From Takakia lepidozioides (taxonomy: Eukaryota > Plantae > Bryophyta): 64,000 nt of DNA. Shown in pieces: positions 49,816-63,812 of the stretch (position 1 is the first letter of the stretch; each line of letters begins with the position of its first letter). The notes beneath the pieces are model-generated. The model did no database searches. It was not told where the DNA came from and saw nothing but the letters and a program-made list of their open reading frames with translations. A program made the translations under genes and the position numbers. The stretch lies in the NCBI GenBank assembly GCA_030704615.1, contig CM060733.1, positions 31,248,001-31,312,000 on the forward strand, read 5' to 3'.

Positions 49816-52800
49816 TGTCGTTTCAATCAGCTTCAGGTCATTATCTAGGCAGAGCAGCAACATGGAGGACACTTCTCAAGGAGCACTTCTTGGTCATCAC
49901 TAGAGGAGATCAGGCGGAGAGCACGAACTGGAGCAAGGATGGAGAGCACGGTGAAGGAGGAGAGACGATCTGTTGTTGCTTGATACATGCAAGCTGTAGA
50001 GTTATACTTTAGAGCAGACTAGGGACACCATGGCTTCGGCTTGATATTGATAGATCATAATCTGATACATATTCCATACCCACACTGTGTAGAGAGACCT
50101 GAGTGAAGCTGTGGAATGAAGGGATGATGGATTGGAACATGGTAGATTGCTGAAGCAATCTGTTGCTTAAATATAAACAGTAAGGTAATTCGCTGACATG
50201 AAGGCAAGAAAGAATACAAACAAGAAGCACTTCCATGATACGCTAGTTGTAGGTCATGACTGATTGTTCTGAGCGGGCGGAGTGCTTAGAAATATCCAAC
50301 TCTTCTATCTTGGAGTTCCCACCTCAGATAGCAAAGGGATGGGTGAATAAAGCCGCTCGACATTTGGCGACCATACTGGGGAACTGGGTCAAGAACAACC
50401 AGATGTGACAGGCATCTGGTGGGATCATGGTGGTTGGAGAATCAAAGAATTTGATGTGAATCAAATTCACTGTGGAACTGAGAAAGAAAGATTGTCCAAA
50501 CAATTCTTTCAGAGGTTCTTGGAATTGCCAGACGGTTGCAAGGAAAACATTCTTACGAGAGTGCATGATGCAGATCCAGAGTGGGGTCTGGAGAAAGGAG
50601 TGATAAAGATTTATCAAGTGGCCTGTAGAGGGAGAGCAAGTTGGTTACCAACACTGGTTTATGTGATAGCGTTGCTATCGAGTTTGAAGGCTGGGAGGAA
50701 CGGGAAGTGAATGTTTACACTCATATGCATGAAGAATTGGTACTGGTAAAGAATTGGATTCCTAAGGATATCCTGTGGATCAAACTCACACCAAGAACAG
50801 CTTTCCAGACGTGCTTGCCATATGGTTATATGGTAACGGAGACTTCTAGTATAGCCAAGGGTGCATTAGAGCTTGAGAGAAATCCAGGCATATACGAGAA
50901 ATACTACAGAAGAGAGTTTTGGTTATTGCCTCATTAAAGATATGAAAGACATGGGACATGAGTGATGAAAGAGAAGCTAGACTTCACAGATATTCAGCAA
51001 AAAGAGAGAGTTATTTGAAAACTAATTATCCATATCTTTGGGAGAGAGGAATAGACATAGGGGAATCATCTGGACCTCTCACACCATTAAGACCAGAGAG
51101 TACATCACCCATACCAGAAGAACCAGAGTTGGATACCACTCCTTCTTATTCTTTACAAAAAAGATTAAGGGATTTGGTACAGGAAGAAGATCAGCCACGA
51201 GGAGAGAGATCTGAGGTACATCCCTGGATTAAAGATTTGACAGAAATCTTTGATCAGAGTTTGCATGGGACACCAAAAGCGGGAACTCCAGTTTCTGAAT
51301 CGCAAGATAAAGAAGGAGAGGAAGATGTGGTAGAGCCAACGGAGAGTTCAGACTCTCCAACACCACTCCAGTTGAGTTATATGAGTGAGGAAGAGGAAAA
51401 ACAAGAGAAGAATTGGAAGATGAAAAAAACAGAGAGAAGAATTGGGAAGATGAAGAGTATGAAGAAGTAGACCCAACAGTTGAGGTTGAGACTACAACCA
51501 GGACATCCAAACCTGTTAGACCTGGATCAAGTGGAGCACTTGGATCACAGGCCAACGAAGGTGTCGGCTCAAGAGGATCAGGCGGACAGCTTGGATCTGG
51601 CTCTGGGGGGACAGGGAATGTGGGAAGTAGTGCAACTGGAGCTGGGAAACTGTGAGTACAGTGGGGCCAGTAGCAGGGAGTGCTCAGGGGCCAACACTTG
51701 GTGGGAGATCCACCACTACAATAGTAGGTCCTCAAGGATCAGCACCTGTCAGTGGGCAGGGTGTAGGGCCACAGATGGCGGTACCTCCAACACGGGCAAA
51801 ACCACCTTTTCCAATATATGCAGGGAAAATGGATCCTGATGTACACATCAGCCAATTTGAGCACATGTGTATTGTGAACAATAAGAATGGCGATGATGCC
51901 AAGATGAGATTGTTTCCTTGTTCACTTATAAAGAAAGCGAGTGAATGGTATGCAAGATTCCCTAATAATCATTTCCTAACCTGGAATGGCCTTAGTACAA
52001 CATTCCGAAACAGGTTCAGGACAAGCAAAATTGAGGATGAAGTGTATGGGAGTTTACAACAGTTAAAGCAAAAGAAGCATGAAACTGTTGAAGAGTACAT
52101 GGAAAAGATGGAGTTAATGATGAAAAAGTTGGTTGTTGTACCAGCACCAGGGTTACAAAAGACCTGGTTTGTGAGTGGATTAAGACCTGAATTACAAAAG
52201 AAAGTGGATATGCTATCCCATAATACAGTGGAAGAGGCATTTGAAACAGCCAACAGAATTGAACAATTGGGGATGCTCAGAAGAGAGAAAAGGGATGATG
52301 AAGACTCTGAAGATGAGTCAGATGAAGAAGAAGAGCAAAAGCTCAAGAGGAAAAATAAGAAGAAGAAAAAGTTGAAGAGGGATAACTATGAGAAAAGATT
52401 GGAAGAAATTTGAAAAAAATATGTCACAGAGGCTGCAACACATTGGAGGAAGGGTGTTTGGTGTGCAAAATGCCAAAATGAAGGCCATACCACAGCTGAA
52501 TGCCACATGAAAAAGAAACATTGTACTATCTGTAAAATGGATAACTATTCTACTGAGAATTGCTATTACAACAGAAGGACAGCTGCAAGAAAACCTAGGC
52601 AAGTGATGGTGCATCAAGTGCAGCCCTAGCCAAGAAGAAACAATGATCAGGACCACTATGGTAGGCTTGGTGGATATAACAATGGTATGGCAAGGAGAGG
52701 TAATCCAAGATGGAATTACCAAGGCAATCCCAGAGGCAACTATCAGGGTAATCTTAGAGGGAATTACCAGCCAGGGAATCAAGATTATAGAAATAATCCC

Positions 52801-54820
52801 AGAGCAGACCAAGGGCGAGGACCCAATGGTGAAGAACTGTGTTACTGTTGAAAATTGTAATCAGGCGGGACATCGCAAAGCAGCCTGTCCATTCTGGATC
52901 AGACACCAGAATGAGATGAGAGCTCCTGTGAATGAGGGGCTAGTGGTGGCAGCTCACATGGTTAGGCTATGTTTTGTACTAGAAGTAAGTACAATAATAG
53001 TGACCAGAAGCAAAGCTAAACTAATACCTCCAGTAGATGAGGAAGAAGATGTTAATGAAGATGGCAGTGATGTGCCTGGAGATGATGAGGCTTGGAGAGA
53101 TGAGAAGGAACTGCACAAGGAAGTGGCTAATACCATAAGGGAGATGTAGAAGAATACTGATATCATTATGGCAGATTCTTCGGACTCTGATAGAGAAGAT
53201 GAAGAGGGTGAAGATGAAGTGAAGAAAGAAGCTGCACAAGTGCAGGGTAATGAAGGGACTTTGGCTGAAGTAATATGTCAGACCCAAAGCTGAGATTACT
53301 AGTGGACAGCTATTGGCTGTGGTACCTCATTGTAGGCACAGGCTGTATCAAGCAATCAATCAGATTGCTCATGTGACAGAGAAACACAGACCTGAACAAC
53401 AAGGTGACAAGTTATAATGTGAAGCCTGAAGGGCGAGAAGAAACAAATGGACTTTGATGATTCTATGCCAGTAATCCAATTGAGAATTGGAAGCACAGAC
53501 TTGACTGGGTAATCTTAGGGAATTACCAGCCAGAGGAATCAAGATTATAGAAATAATCCCAGAGCAGACCAAGGGCGAGGACCCAATGGTGAAGAATTAC
53601 TGTTGAAAATTGTAATCAGGCGGGACATCGCAAAGCAGCCTGTCCATTCTGGATCAGACACCAGAATGAGATGAGAGCTCCTGTGAATGAGGGGCTAGTG
53701 GTGGCAGCTCACATGGTTAGGCTATGTTTTGTACTAGAAGTAAGTACAATAATAGTGACCAGAAGCAAAGCTAAACTAATACCTCCAGTAGATGAGGAAG
53801 AAGATGTTAATGAAGATGGCAGTGATGTGCCTGGAGATGATGAGGCTTGGAGAGATGAGAAGGAACTGCACAAGGAAGTGGCTAATACCATAAGGGAGAT
53901 GTAGAAGAATACTGATATCATTATGGCAGATTCTTCGGACTCTGATAGAGAAGATGAAGAGGGTGAAGATGAAGTGAAGAAAGAAGCTGCACAAGTGCAG
54001 GGTAATGAAGGGACTTTGGCTGAAGTAATATGTCAGACCAAAGCTGAGATTACTAGTGGACAGCTATTGGCTGTGGTACCTCATTGTAGGCACAGGCTGT
54101 ATCAAGCAATCAATCAGATTGCTCATGTGACAGAGAACACAGACCTGAACAACAAGGTGACAAGTTATAATGTGAAGCCTGAAGGGCGAGAAACAATCAT
54201 GGACTTTGATGATTCTATGCCAGTAATCCAATTGAGAATTGGAAGCACAGACTTGACTGATGTACTGATAGATGGAGGCTCATGAGTGAATATTATGACA
54301 GACCAATTAAGGCAGAAGCTTGGTCTGAGTAACATGAAACCAGCCCCATTCACAGTAACAATGGCAGATCAAAAGAGTGTACAGCCATTAGGTTTGATAA
54401 GAGGAGTTAGAATACAGATTCAAAAGATGATCTTTAAGATCACAGCGACTGTGTTGAGGATGGATGATGTCATGGAAGCTTACTCCTTATTGCTGGGTCG
54501 GCCATGGCTGAAACAGGCCAGGGTATTCCATGACTGGAATTCCCAGTTACTGACTGTGCATGATGGGAAGCACAAAATAGAGGTCGCCACTAGGAAATCT
54601 AGTAGGCTACCTGCTACCAGAAGACTCGTGGAGTCAGAGAGTATGACTGGAGGGGAGGACTTGCTGAGGAGCAGGAAGCTACACTGTTTGTTGCACACCC
54701 AGAGTGGGAGCAGGTTGTAGAAATGCAACTGGGAGGCCTGAGTTGTTTAAAAGGTATTTGCTGTGGTGCAGTAACAGCAACACCAATTGAGGGGGAAACA
54801 AGCAGTTACCCACCACATTT
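49816..54820 (+). mobile_element. Gypsy element A (non-chromovirus): 5' LTR ending 50362, PBS 50365-50382, upstream ORF0, gag, protease; interrupted by element B
   Basis: PBS TGGCGACCATACTGGGGA; gag DPDVHISQF...RLFPCSL...ASEWY...QKKHETVEEY...WFVSGLRPE; protease VLIDGGS*VNIM...LLLGRPWL. LTR start is approximate. Confidence 0.85.
52746..54259 (+). repeat. About 760-bp tandem duplication inside element A (52746-53507, 53507-54259)
   Basis: Identical ORF translations occur twice (e.g. MRAPVNEGLVVAAH...); small indels cluster near the junction. Confidence 0.95.
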
Positions 54821-57800
54821 TGATAACGACTATGCTACGAAGGACAGACAACGAGGGTCGCAACGGGACATACTTGGTAGTGATGGACGTACACTACCTG
54901 AGCCACAGGCAGAGACGGCTAAGTACGCGGTACTTAGCCAATGGCAGGACAAGGGTACATTACCACGAGAGCAGTAAGGGGTAGTGTAGTAACCGTGAGC
55001 CGTGAACCACGATATCACACGGTCACGATAGCATCGGCTTTAACCAATAGAGGGAGTAGTGGACCGTTTACCACTATGGCTCACGACCACTACAACGAGC
55101 CACTTTTTAGCAAACCTTTTAGGTTGCGTAGGCAGTTAGACAAACGGTCATTAACGACCGCAGGCTGTCACGGCTTTTTCGAGTATAGTATAAAAAGACT
55201 GCACGCAACTCAGAAGGTGTGCGGTAGGAGTATCAGTGATCAATGTGTATTTAGAGGGACTCAGAGTGATTTTTTGTACTTTTGTGATGATGTGACGAGC
55301 TCTGAAGTAAAGCCATGCTATTCGAAGTATCTCTGTGTAGAGTGAACGTGAGATGGTGAGAATGTGTATCATCTCATAATAGTTCTTGTTTTCTCTTGAC
55401 TACCATCTGCTTGTATGAACCAAGAGGCTTCAGTCCTTTCAACTAAGATCTTTTATGCTTAAGAGACTGTAGATTGGTCTTAATCAATAGGATTAAGCAG
55501 TCTGCAAGGATATGGCTTCATCCGACGTTCATGGTTTAGCTATCCTTAAAACGATTACTTCGTAATCGTTTATGAAAGCATACCGTCGGACAACCTTTGT
55601 TGCATGTCTTATGAAATGGGCAGTAGTGTTAATAGCCTGTTTTGTCTAAGTCATAAACCAGCGGTTAACATTTGGCGACCATACTGGGGACTAACGGTAT
55701 GTTGAGTTCAAAAGTACTCAAAGAAGGATGGTTACTCAGTGATTTCTTGAAATCACGACAGAACGAGTCAATAGAAGCAAAGGAATGGAAAACATTCCTG
55801 GAAAATTTTCATGGTTTACCAAGAGCAATACAACAGAAAATCTTTCTGTCAGTCGTGAAAGGAGATGACAAATGGGGATTGAAGGGAGGAGTGATCAGTA
55901 TTACACGAGCACCTTGGGAATGTAGGATTAGAAGTGAAGAGTGGTTGTCTCGTCTAGCTCTATTGATTACTCTAATCCCAATCAGAAAAGTTTGTTACAC
56001 TAGTTATATTTTCAGAGAAGGTTGTTCAAATTATGAATATTGTCACACGATCATAGAAGCAGTGGAGTACTGGATACCCAAAGACTTATTGCAAGTCAGA
56101 TACACTGAAAAAGACATATGGTATTATTGTGCTCATTAAAAAGTTTGGTGATCAATCAGTAGAAAGGAAAAATAAGTTGTAATACGGATTCTTGCAAGAT
56201 AGGATGAGTCTTGAAGAAAGGGTAGAGACACTATAAATTTTCTTTACTGACATACCAAGACTGTTTTAAAGGGTACTGAAAAGGAATTCTACATATGATG
56301 TGGGAATGAATGTGGAAATTAAAGAAAAAGCTAAACAAGACAGAGCTGAACGAATAGAGAAATATGCTGCTGAAAGGGAGACTCGGTTAAGAGAAGAGTT
56401 CCCAGAATTACAGAACTTGAAAATTATTCAAGGTGAGACATCAAACAGTGATAAACCAGAAGATCAGGAAATCGGATCGGTGGGAAGTGGAAACACTACA
56501 CCAGAAGAAGTTGCCAGTAATGTACTTGGTGAATGGTTACCACAAGAAAGATCTGAAGGACCTTCTACAGTAACAAGCCCAAATAGAGGTTTTGCTGAAA
56601 TATTAGAAGAAAGATTTGAGAACATTTTGAGTGAAGAAGGTGAAAGAAGTGAAAGCACTTCTCCAGAAAAGATAACCAGAACTGCACTCAAAGCTTTTAA
56701 AGATTCATTAAGCTTAGTAGGGACAGCAGCTGGAAGACGACTATCATTGGGACAAGGACCTCCTAGCTTTGAATCACTGTTTGGAAGACAAACACCAACA
56801 CCACCACAGCCAGCAGCAGCGGGACCATCCCAGTTTGGACAACCAGTTGCACCAGCTACACCGATGGCTTTAGCAGCAAAGCAAAACCAGACCACCATTT
56901 CCTTTATATGATGGGAAATCTGATCCAGATATCCATCTTAATCAATTTGAAAACATGTGCACCATTTACAATGAAGCAACAGACCAAGAGAAGATCCGAC
57001 TATTTCCATGTTCAATGGCCCGAAAAGGCATTGAATGGTTGGCAACTTTCCCAGCCAATCACTTTGCGAATTGGGTGGATATGAGAGCCACGTTTCAAGA
57101 AAGATATAGATCCAACAAATCCACGTCTGAAATCTTCGCAGGATTACAGAACCTAAGACAGAAAAAAGAAAGAATTGGTAGTCGACTACCTGGAGAGAAT
57201 GAAGACTCTGATCAGGAAACTACCTCAAGCACCAGGGGATGATTTGCAAAAATCATGGTTCATCAATGGACTTCGTCCTGAATACGTAACCATGGTTACA
57301 GTCATGCCTAACAACACTTTGGCTGAAGCAGTAGGGACTGCAAAGAAGTTGGAATTGGGATTCCATCAGAGCAAAAGCAAAGATTCCAAGGATCTCTTGG
57401 AAGAAGAAGACTCCGATGATGAAGAAAAGCCCAAGCAAAAGAAGAAAGATGTGATTGACAAAACCACTTTGGATCAGAAGATAGCAGCGGCTATCAAGAA
57501 TTTTAAAGATGAAGGGCCACGAAAGGCAACATGGTGTCACAAATGCGGGACTGCAAGACACCTGGCAACGGAATGGCATATGAAGGACAAATATTGTGAT
57601 ATTTGTCATATGAACAATCATAATACCAGCCATTGTATTTACAACCAACGGGCCAAGAAGACTGGGTACACACGAGAGGTGGGGGTACACCAAGTCCAAA
57701 TCTGACGGGGAGGATCGGATGAACCAAGACGATACAACATGGGTAATCGTTATCAGAGGCCACGAAATGAATATCCACCAAGGGATAGGGAACATCAACC

Positions 57801-59714
57801 CAGCACCCGGCCCGGTTCTATCAAGAAAGGGAAGAAGACATTCAAATCAGTGAAGTACTTGTCACAATTGCAACCATCGGACAAGAGATTGCAGGATGGA
57901 CAGTAACGGAAGAAACTCAATTGATTCAAGTGAATCTAGGAACAGTGGAAGAACCACAGATAATACGAGTAAGTGCAGGTCTCGAAGAATCATTTCTACA
58001 ATAAGCCACTGCATTATTCACTGAATACAAGGATGTATTCGCTTGGAACTACAAGGATTTGAAGGGGATACCTTCTAACATCTGTCAGCACCGAATCGAA
58101 TTGGAAGTTGACACAAAACCAATTCGTCAGAACCGTTACAGAATGAACCCCAACTATGCAGCTAAAGTTTGGGAAGAAATCAAGAAGTTATTGGATGCAG
58201 GATTCATATACCTAGTAGAGACACCACAATGGTTATCACCCATTGTGATAGTACCCAAGAAAAATGGAAAACTACGAGTGTGTGTGGACTATCGCAAGTT
58301 AAACGCAGGAACCAAGAAAGATCATTTTCCACTACCTTTCACTGAAATAGTGTTGGACATGAAATGTACTCATTCATGGATGGGTTTAGTGGGTACAACC
58401 AGGTACAGATGGCAGAAGAAGACCGAGAAAAGATCGCATTCATCACTGAATGGGGAGCATATGCTTACAAAGTCATGCCATTTGGACTTTGCAATGCACC
58501 AGCCACATTTCAACGAGCAGTATTTGAGATATTCCATAACTATCTCAATGATTTTATGCAGGTATTTTTGGATGATTTCAGTGTCTTTGGACAGAAATCC
58601 AAACATTTGGCACAGTTAAAACTTTGCCTACAAGCCTGCAGAAACAATGGAGTAAGTCTCAACCCGGAAAAATGTACATTCTATGTGAATTCAAGATTAT
58701 TATTGGGACACATTGTGTGCCAACAGGGAATTCTGGTAGATCCAAAGAAAGTGGAGGTTATCCAGAAAATACCACCACCAGAAAATCCCAAGAAACTCAA
58801 GAGATTTCTGGGACAGAGGAGCTATTACAGAAGGTACATGGACAAATATGCTCACAGAGTGGCACCAGTCTATAGACTGCTAAAGCAAGATGCCGAATAT
58901 CGATGGTCTCCAGCTTGCCAGGAATCATTTGATTCACTAAAAAGGGCACTCACAGCAGCACCAATTCTGATAAATCCAAGATGGGATTTACCATTTCATG
59001 TACACAGTGATGCATCAGGCATTGCTTTAGGAGCGGTTCTAGCTCAGAATGTGACAGGCACAATAGATTCACCAATCTACTATGCAAGTAGATTGTTGAC
59101 AGCAGCAGAAAAGAACTATAGTACCACAGAAAGGGAAGCATTGGCAATGATTTATGCTGTTCAAATTTTTTGGCATTATTTACTTGGCAATTGCTTTAAG
59201 TTTATTGTTGATCATCAGGCTCTAGTTCATCTAGCAAATCGACCACTAGCTAGTGGCAGGGTTGCTCGATGGTTATTACTTCTTCATGAGTATGAATTTG
59301 AAGTTGTTCATAAACTAGGGAGATTACATGTTATAGCAGATCATCTGTCAAGGATTACTACAGGAGAACCAGCCACGGGGGTAGAGGATCAACTTCCCGA
59401 TGCATTTCTGTTTGTTGTTCAACCAGAAGCACCAGATGAAGAGACAGATCCTATAAATGCTCTGGGAATGTTTCAAGGAAACTATGACCTTCCAGATGCT
59501 CTCAAAGTCATGGACGACACGGATGAAGATGAAGATTCATCCGATGAAGATGAACCTCTTGATGAAGGACTTATTATTGAAGAAGAGCCAGATCCACAAG
59601 AAGAAGATAACAAGGAAAACAAAGAAACAAACAATCAAGAATTGGCCAATATCAGTATTGGAGCTTATACAGTCACCAAAGAAGAATCAGAAGATATTCA
59701 GGATCAAGATCAAG

Positions 59715-60663
59715 CACTACAACAGATCGCGGTATTTATGACTGTATATATGACTATTCTGCAGTCATAAACGGTACATATGACTTCTATGACTGTAAAT
59801 CGTGCAAACCAAGTCAATACAATGAGTACAAGGATGGTACGGTCCGGATGACTACAGTCATATGAACCAAGTGATATCTCTCACTGCAGTCATATACACC
59901 ATACTGCAGCCGCCGCTGCCGCGCCACGTGGCGAGGCACAATTGATTTACAAAAATTAATTTAATTTAAAAAACTAAACAAATAAAAACATATATCAAAC
60001 GTCGCGTCGCACCTCATTGTGCCACATGGCATAATGCATTGTATAATAATGAAAAAACCACGTGGCAGTCCATCTAGGGTACCACGTGCTATCCCTAGCT
60101 CGCCTACTAACCCTAGGGCCATCTTATCCATTTGATTGTACTTAGAGGAGTTTGAACATGCAACCTCTTTACTATAAGAATTATAGTTCACTACCTGTTA
60201 ACCAATGCACCCATTCGTCATTCATATGATCATATGGTGTTTTAATTGTATTATACACACCAAATTACAAAATTCCCAGTAGTCATCATGACTATGTAAC
60301 CTCATCCATGTACACTATAGTCATGGAAATGACTATGCTATAAGCTATAGCTATAAGTAACTTTTAAAAAAAAATTAAACCTTTTGGTTACCAAGCTTGC
60401 ACTAGAAGTCATTCCGGCGACTATTTGGTGGCAAGCTCACGCTGGTCAACCATCGATGACCACCCTTCCCTCTAGTGCGGAGCCATACAGTCATGACGAC
60501 GTCTACCAAAGTAGTCGCCCAGAGGACTACGTAGTCACGTAGTCATTTCAACGACTACGTGAAGTCCCATTTGGTCCAAAAATACAGTGAAGTCATGGTC
60601 AAAGTTAGGAAAACCATGACTACCGCACCTTGGCAGTCAGATATACCGCGATCTGTTGTAGTG
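59715..60663. mobile_element. Non-autonomous CACTA (En/Spm) element
   Basis: Perfect 21-bp TIRs CACTACAACAGATCGCGGTAT / ATACCGCGATCTGTTGTAGTG, 3-bp TSD AAG, subterminal atgact/agtcat repeats. Confidence 0.95.
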
Positions 60664-62845
60664 AAGATGATTGGCAATGGCCAATCAAATACTATCTGAA
60701 CACAGGGAAATTTCCTGAAGGTTACACCAAAGATGACAGGAGGAAGCTTTCAATGAAAAGCAAGCCATACACATTAATCAAAGGGATTCTGTACAAAAGA
60801 GGAATTGACTCCATAATGAGAAGATGTGTAAACAAAGACCAAGCCAAAATAGTAATGCAAGAACTACACGAAGGAATTGCAGGTGGACAATTCAGTTCGG
60901 ACCTGACAGCAAAGAAAATATTACTAGCAGGCTACTGGTGGCCTACTATATTTGGAGATACTTATGAACACCGTCAACAGTGTGATGTCTGCCAGAGGAT
61001 GGGACCAGTAGAACGAACGGGGAAGAGGACTCTGCACCCAATACTACCAACAGAACCATTTCAGCGCTGGGGGCTAGACTTCGTGGGACCCATTAAACCT
61101 CCAGCAAGGTACACACAAAACCAATACATCCTCACAGCCATTGACTACACTACCAAATGGGTAGAGGCCAAGGCACTAAGAGACAACACTGCTAGATCAA
61201 CAGCCAAATTCTTATATGAAAACATCATCACACGATTTGGTTGCCCACTGGAATTCGTCAGTGATCAGGGATCACATTTCATAAATGATGCCATAAAATG
61301 CTTGACGGAGGAGTTCATGATTGTACATCACAAGAATACTGCTTACTATCCTCAAGGAAACGGTCAGGCCGAATCTACCAACAAAATATTATGCACTATC
61401 TTAACCAAGATAGTAAATGCCAATCGTACAGATTGGGACACCAAATTGAACACAACAATATGGGCATTCAGGACATCATACAAGGTAACCACGAAGCATA
61501 CACCATTTCAACTGGTGTATGGAGCAGAGGCACTATTACCTATTGAATGTATGATACCCACACTACGAACCGGGACTCATGAACGATGGGGTTTAGAAGA
61601 ATCCTTACGAGTCAGAGAATATGAGTTATTCCATTTGGAAGAAGTTCGAACAGATGCCGCAAATAATATGGCACGAATTCAGGAACAACGAAGGAAAAGA
61701 ATATCCGAAGGGAAAGAGAAATCTTTCCAGGACGGGGACATTGTATTATGGTTACCAAAAATCAAGAAGATCAAACTGGGCGGAAAATTGAAAATGCCAT
61801 GGATGGGACCATTTCAAATCAAAAGGGTACATGACAATGGAATTGTTGATTTGCAAACCTTGGAACAAGAATTCATGGGTCGAATTAATATCAACAAGCT
61901 AAAAGGCTACCAGGGAATACATGACAAAGCCCTTATACATGATTTATATGCCAACGAGGAAGATCAAACTGAAGATGAGGAGCGCGGAACTACCAATGCC
62001 TACTATATTCATCACGACACGGTGAATCAGCATGTACTACGACAAGTGGCAATACGAATTCAGGGCACCACGACGGCTAGACCACCATTTATCTGGAGGA
62101 CAACATTACCACCCCGTATACCGTATGGTGAACCGTGGCCAGCACAGATGCCCTACAGAACAGTGAACGAATACGAAACGGCCAACGAGTCACTGTTTGT
62201 GTTAAATTCCGAGATGTACGATCTAGATCACCCCACCGACAGTGGTAATCATACACCACTACCCTTCGATCATAACACAGAGGCGGAACGACGGCGCAAT
62301 CCAACGGATTGCCAAAAGACGGCGGACGATAAGGGCAAAGCCATTAAACCAAGCTGCAAGTACTACGCCAATGCCGCCCATCTAAAAACGGACCACATAC
62401 CAAAGTGGATGAACACAGCTCAAAGGGATGAACATAAACTGACCGAAACTGGACAATCATCAACGACCATCAGTTTTAAACAAAACAAATCACAAAGAAA
62501 AAACCAACGAAAGAAAATCAAGCACAAAAGGGATGAAGTTTTATCAAAACCGTTACCTGAGGCTAAATGCTTCTTGGTAAGCCTGGGCCCAGCAATTATA
62601 GCTAACCATGATTTAAACCTAGGCAACCAGCAGGACAGAATTACCTCCACGAGAACCTCGAGAGAAGTTAGAGGAGAAACCTACAGAGAGGAACCCCTAC
62701 TTAAACCCAGGAGCGAACTCCTCACCTTCTCTTCCGCAAACTGGAAATTGGTGTGGTGTATACACAACTTCCAGTGTGCTTCATACTTCTTGTGATACAG
62801 GATTTGGTGCTCCAATTCCTTACAGCAACCGCAAAACTAAGAGAA

Positions 62846-63812
62846 ATGGCAGGCACCAAGCGGAAGGCACCAAGTTCTTATGCGCAAGTCAATTTCAAAA
62901 TCAGCCCAGCGTTGCGGAAGATTGAGGTGGACACAGAGACACAGGAGACGTTGGACAGTCTTGGCCTGCGATACTTCATCACCACGCTGGACTGGAACCT
63001 GAAGCACGACGAGCTATGCAGGGAGTTCTACTCGGAGCACAAATGTCCACAACACGCACATCCTGCTGACAGAGAAGTACTTGGCGGAAGTATTTCACCT
63101 TCCCAGTTTGGACGTACCACCGCACACCGGCAAACCTCCAAGGTTTGTACTTGCAGATTTGTTTGAGAATCTCAACCAAGTAGATCAAGGCTACACATGC
63201 AGCCACAGCAAAAACCATGGCTTCAGGAAGATAGCCCCAGTACTCAGCACATTGCTTTGCCTCAGGCAAAACCATAGCTACTGTACCAAGGAGCTAATCG
63301 ACCAAGTGTTGATTTGCTTCAATGGGCAAATCGTGAATTGGGCAAGCTTCTTATTGAAGAAGTTAACTCAAGAACTGACCAAGTTGACAAAAAAGAAGAA
63401 GGAAGCGACTGTTACCATGGCAACTCCATTGTTACTCCAGATGATTCGACACACTGTACACCTAACGGCCGAAGAGCAAGCAACGTTGGGAATCATGCAA
63501 CGGGTAGACACAATGGAGGAAGAAGGAAGTGAGACAGCAGCATGTCAGGAAGAAGAAGAGGGCGGACTTGCAAAAAGAGCCCGAATCAACGAAGCAACCA
63601 CAAGTGCAGCAGTAGAGGACATCATCAACTCGATGGCTGATTTCCCAGTACAAAGAAAAGGGGAGAATCGACAGCCAGAAGGAGGGAACAAACCACAGAC
63701 CAACAAAGCAACGCCCATGGAAATTAGCCATGGCAACATCGAAGCACAGCAAGTAGCACACACAGAGGCCACACAATCAGAGGAGGGAGACATAGTGGCG
63801 CAACAACAGTAG
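62846..63812 (+). CDS. 3' accessory ORF of Gypsy element B (one frameshift near 63060)
   Basis: MAGTKRKAP...LGLRYFI...LCREFY.../...LAEVFHLP...VNWASFLLKKL, resembling the REFY...NWA pattern of Athila/SIRE-type accessory ORFs. Confidence 0.6.
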
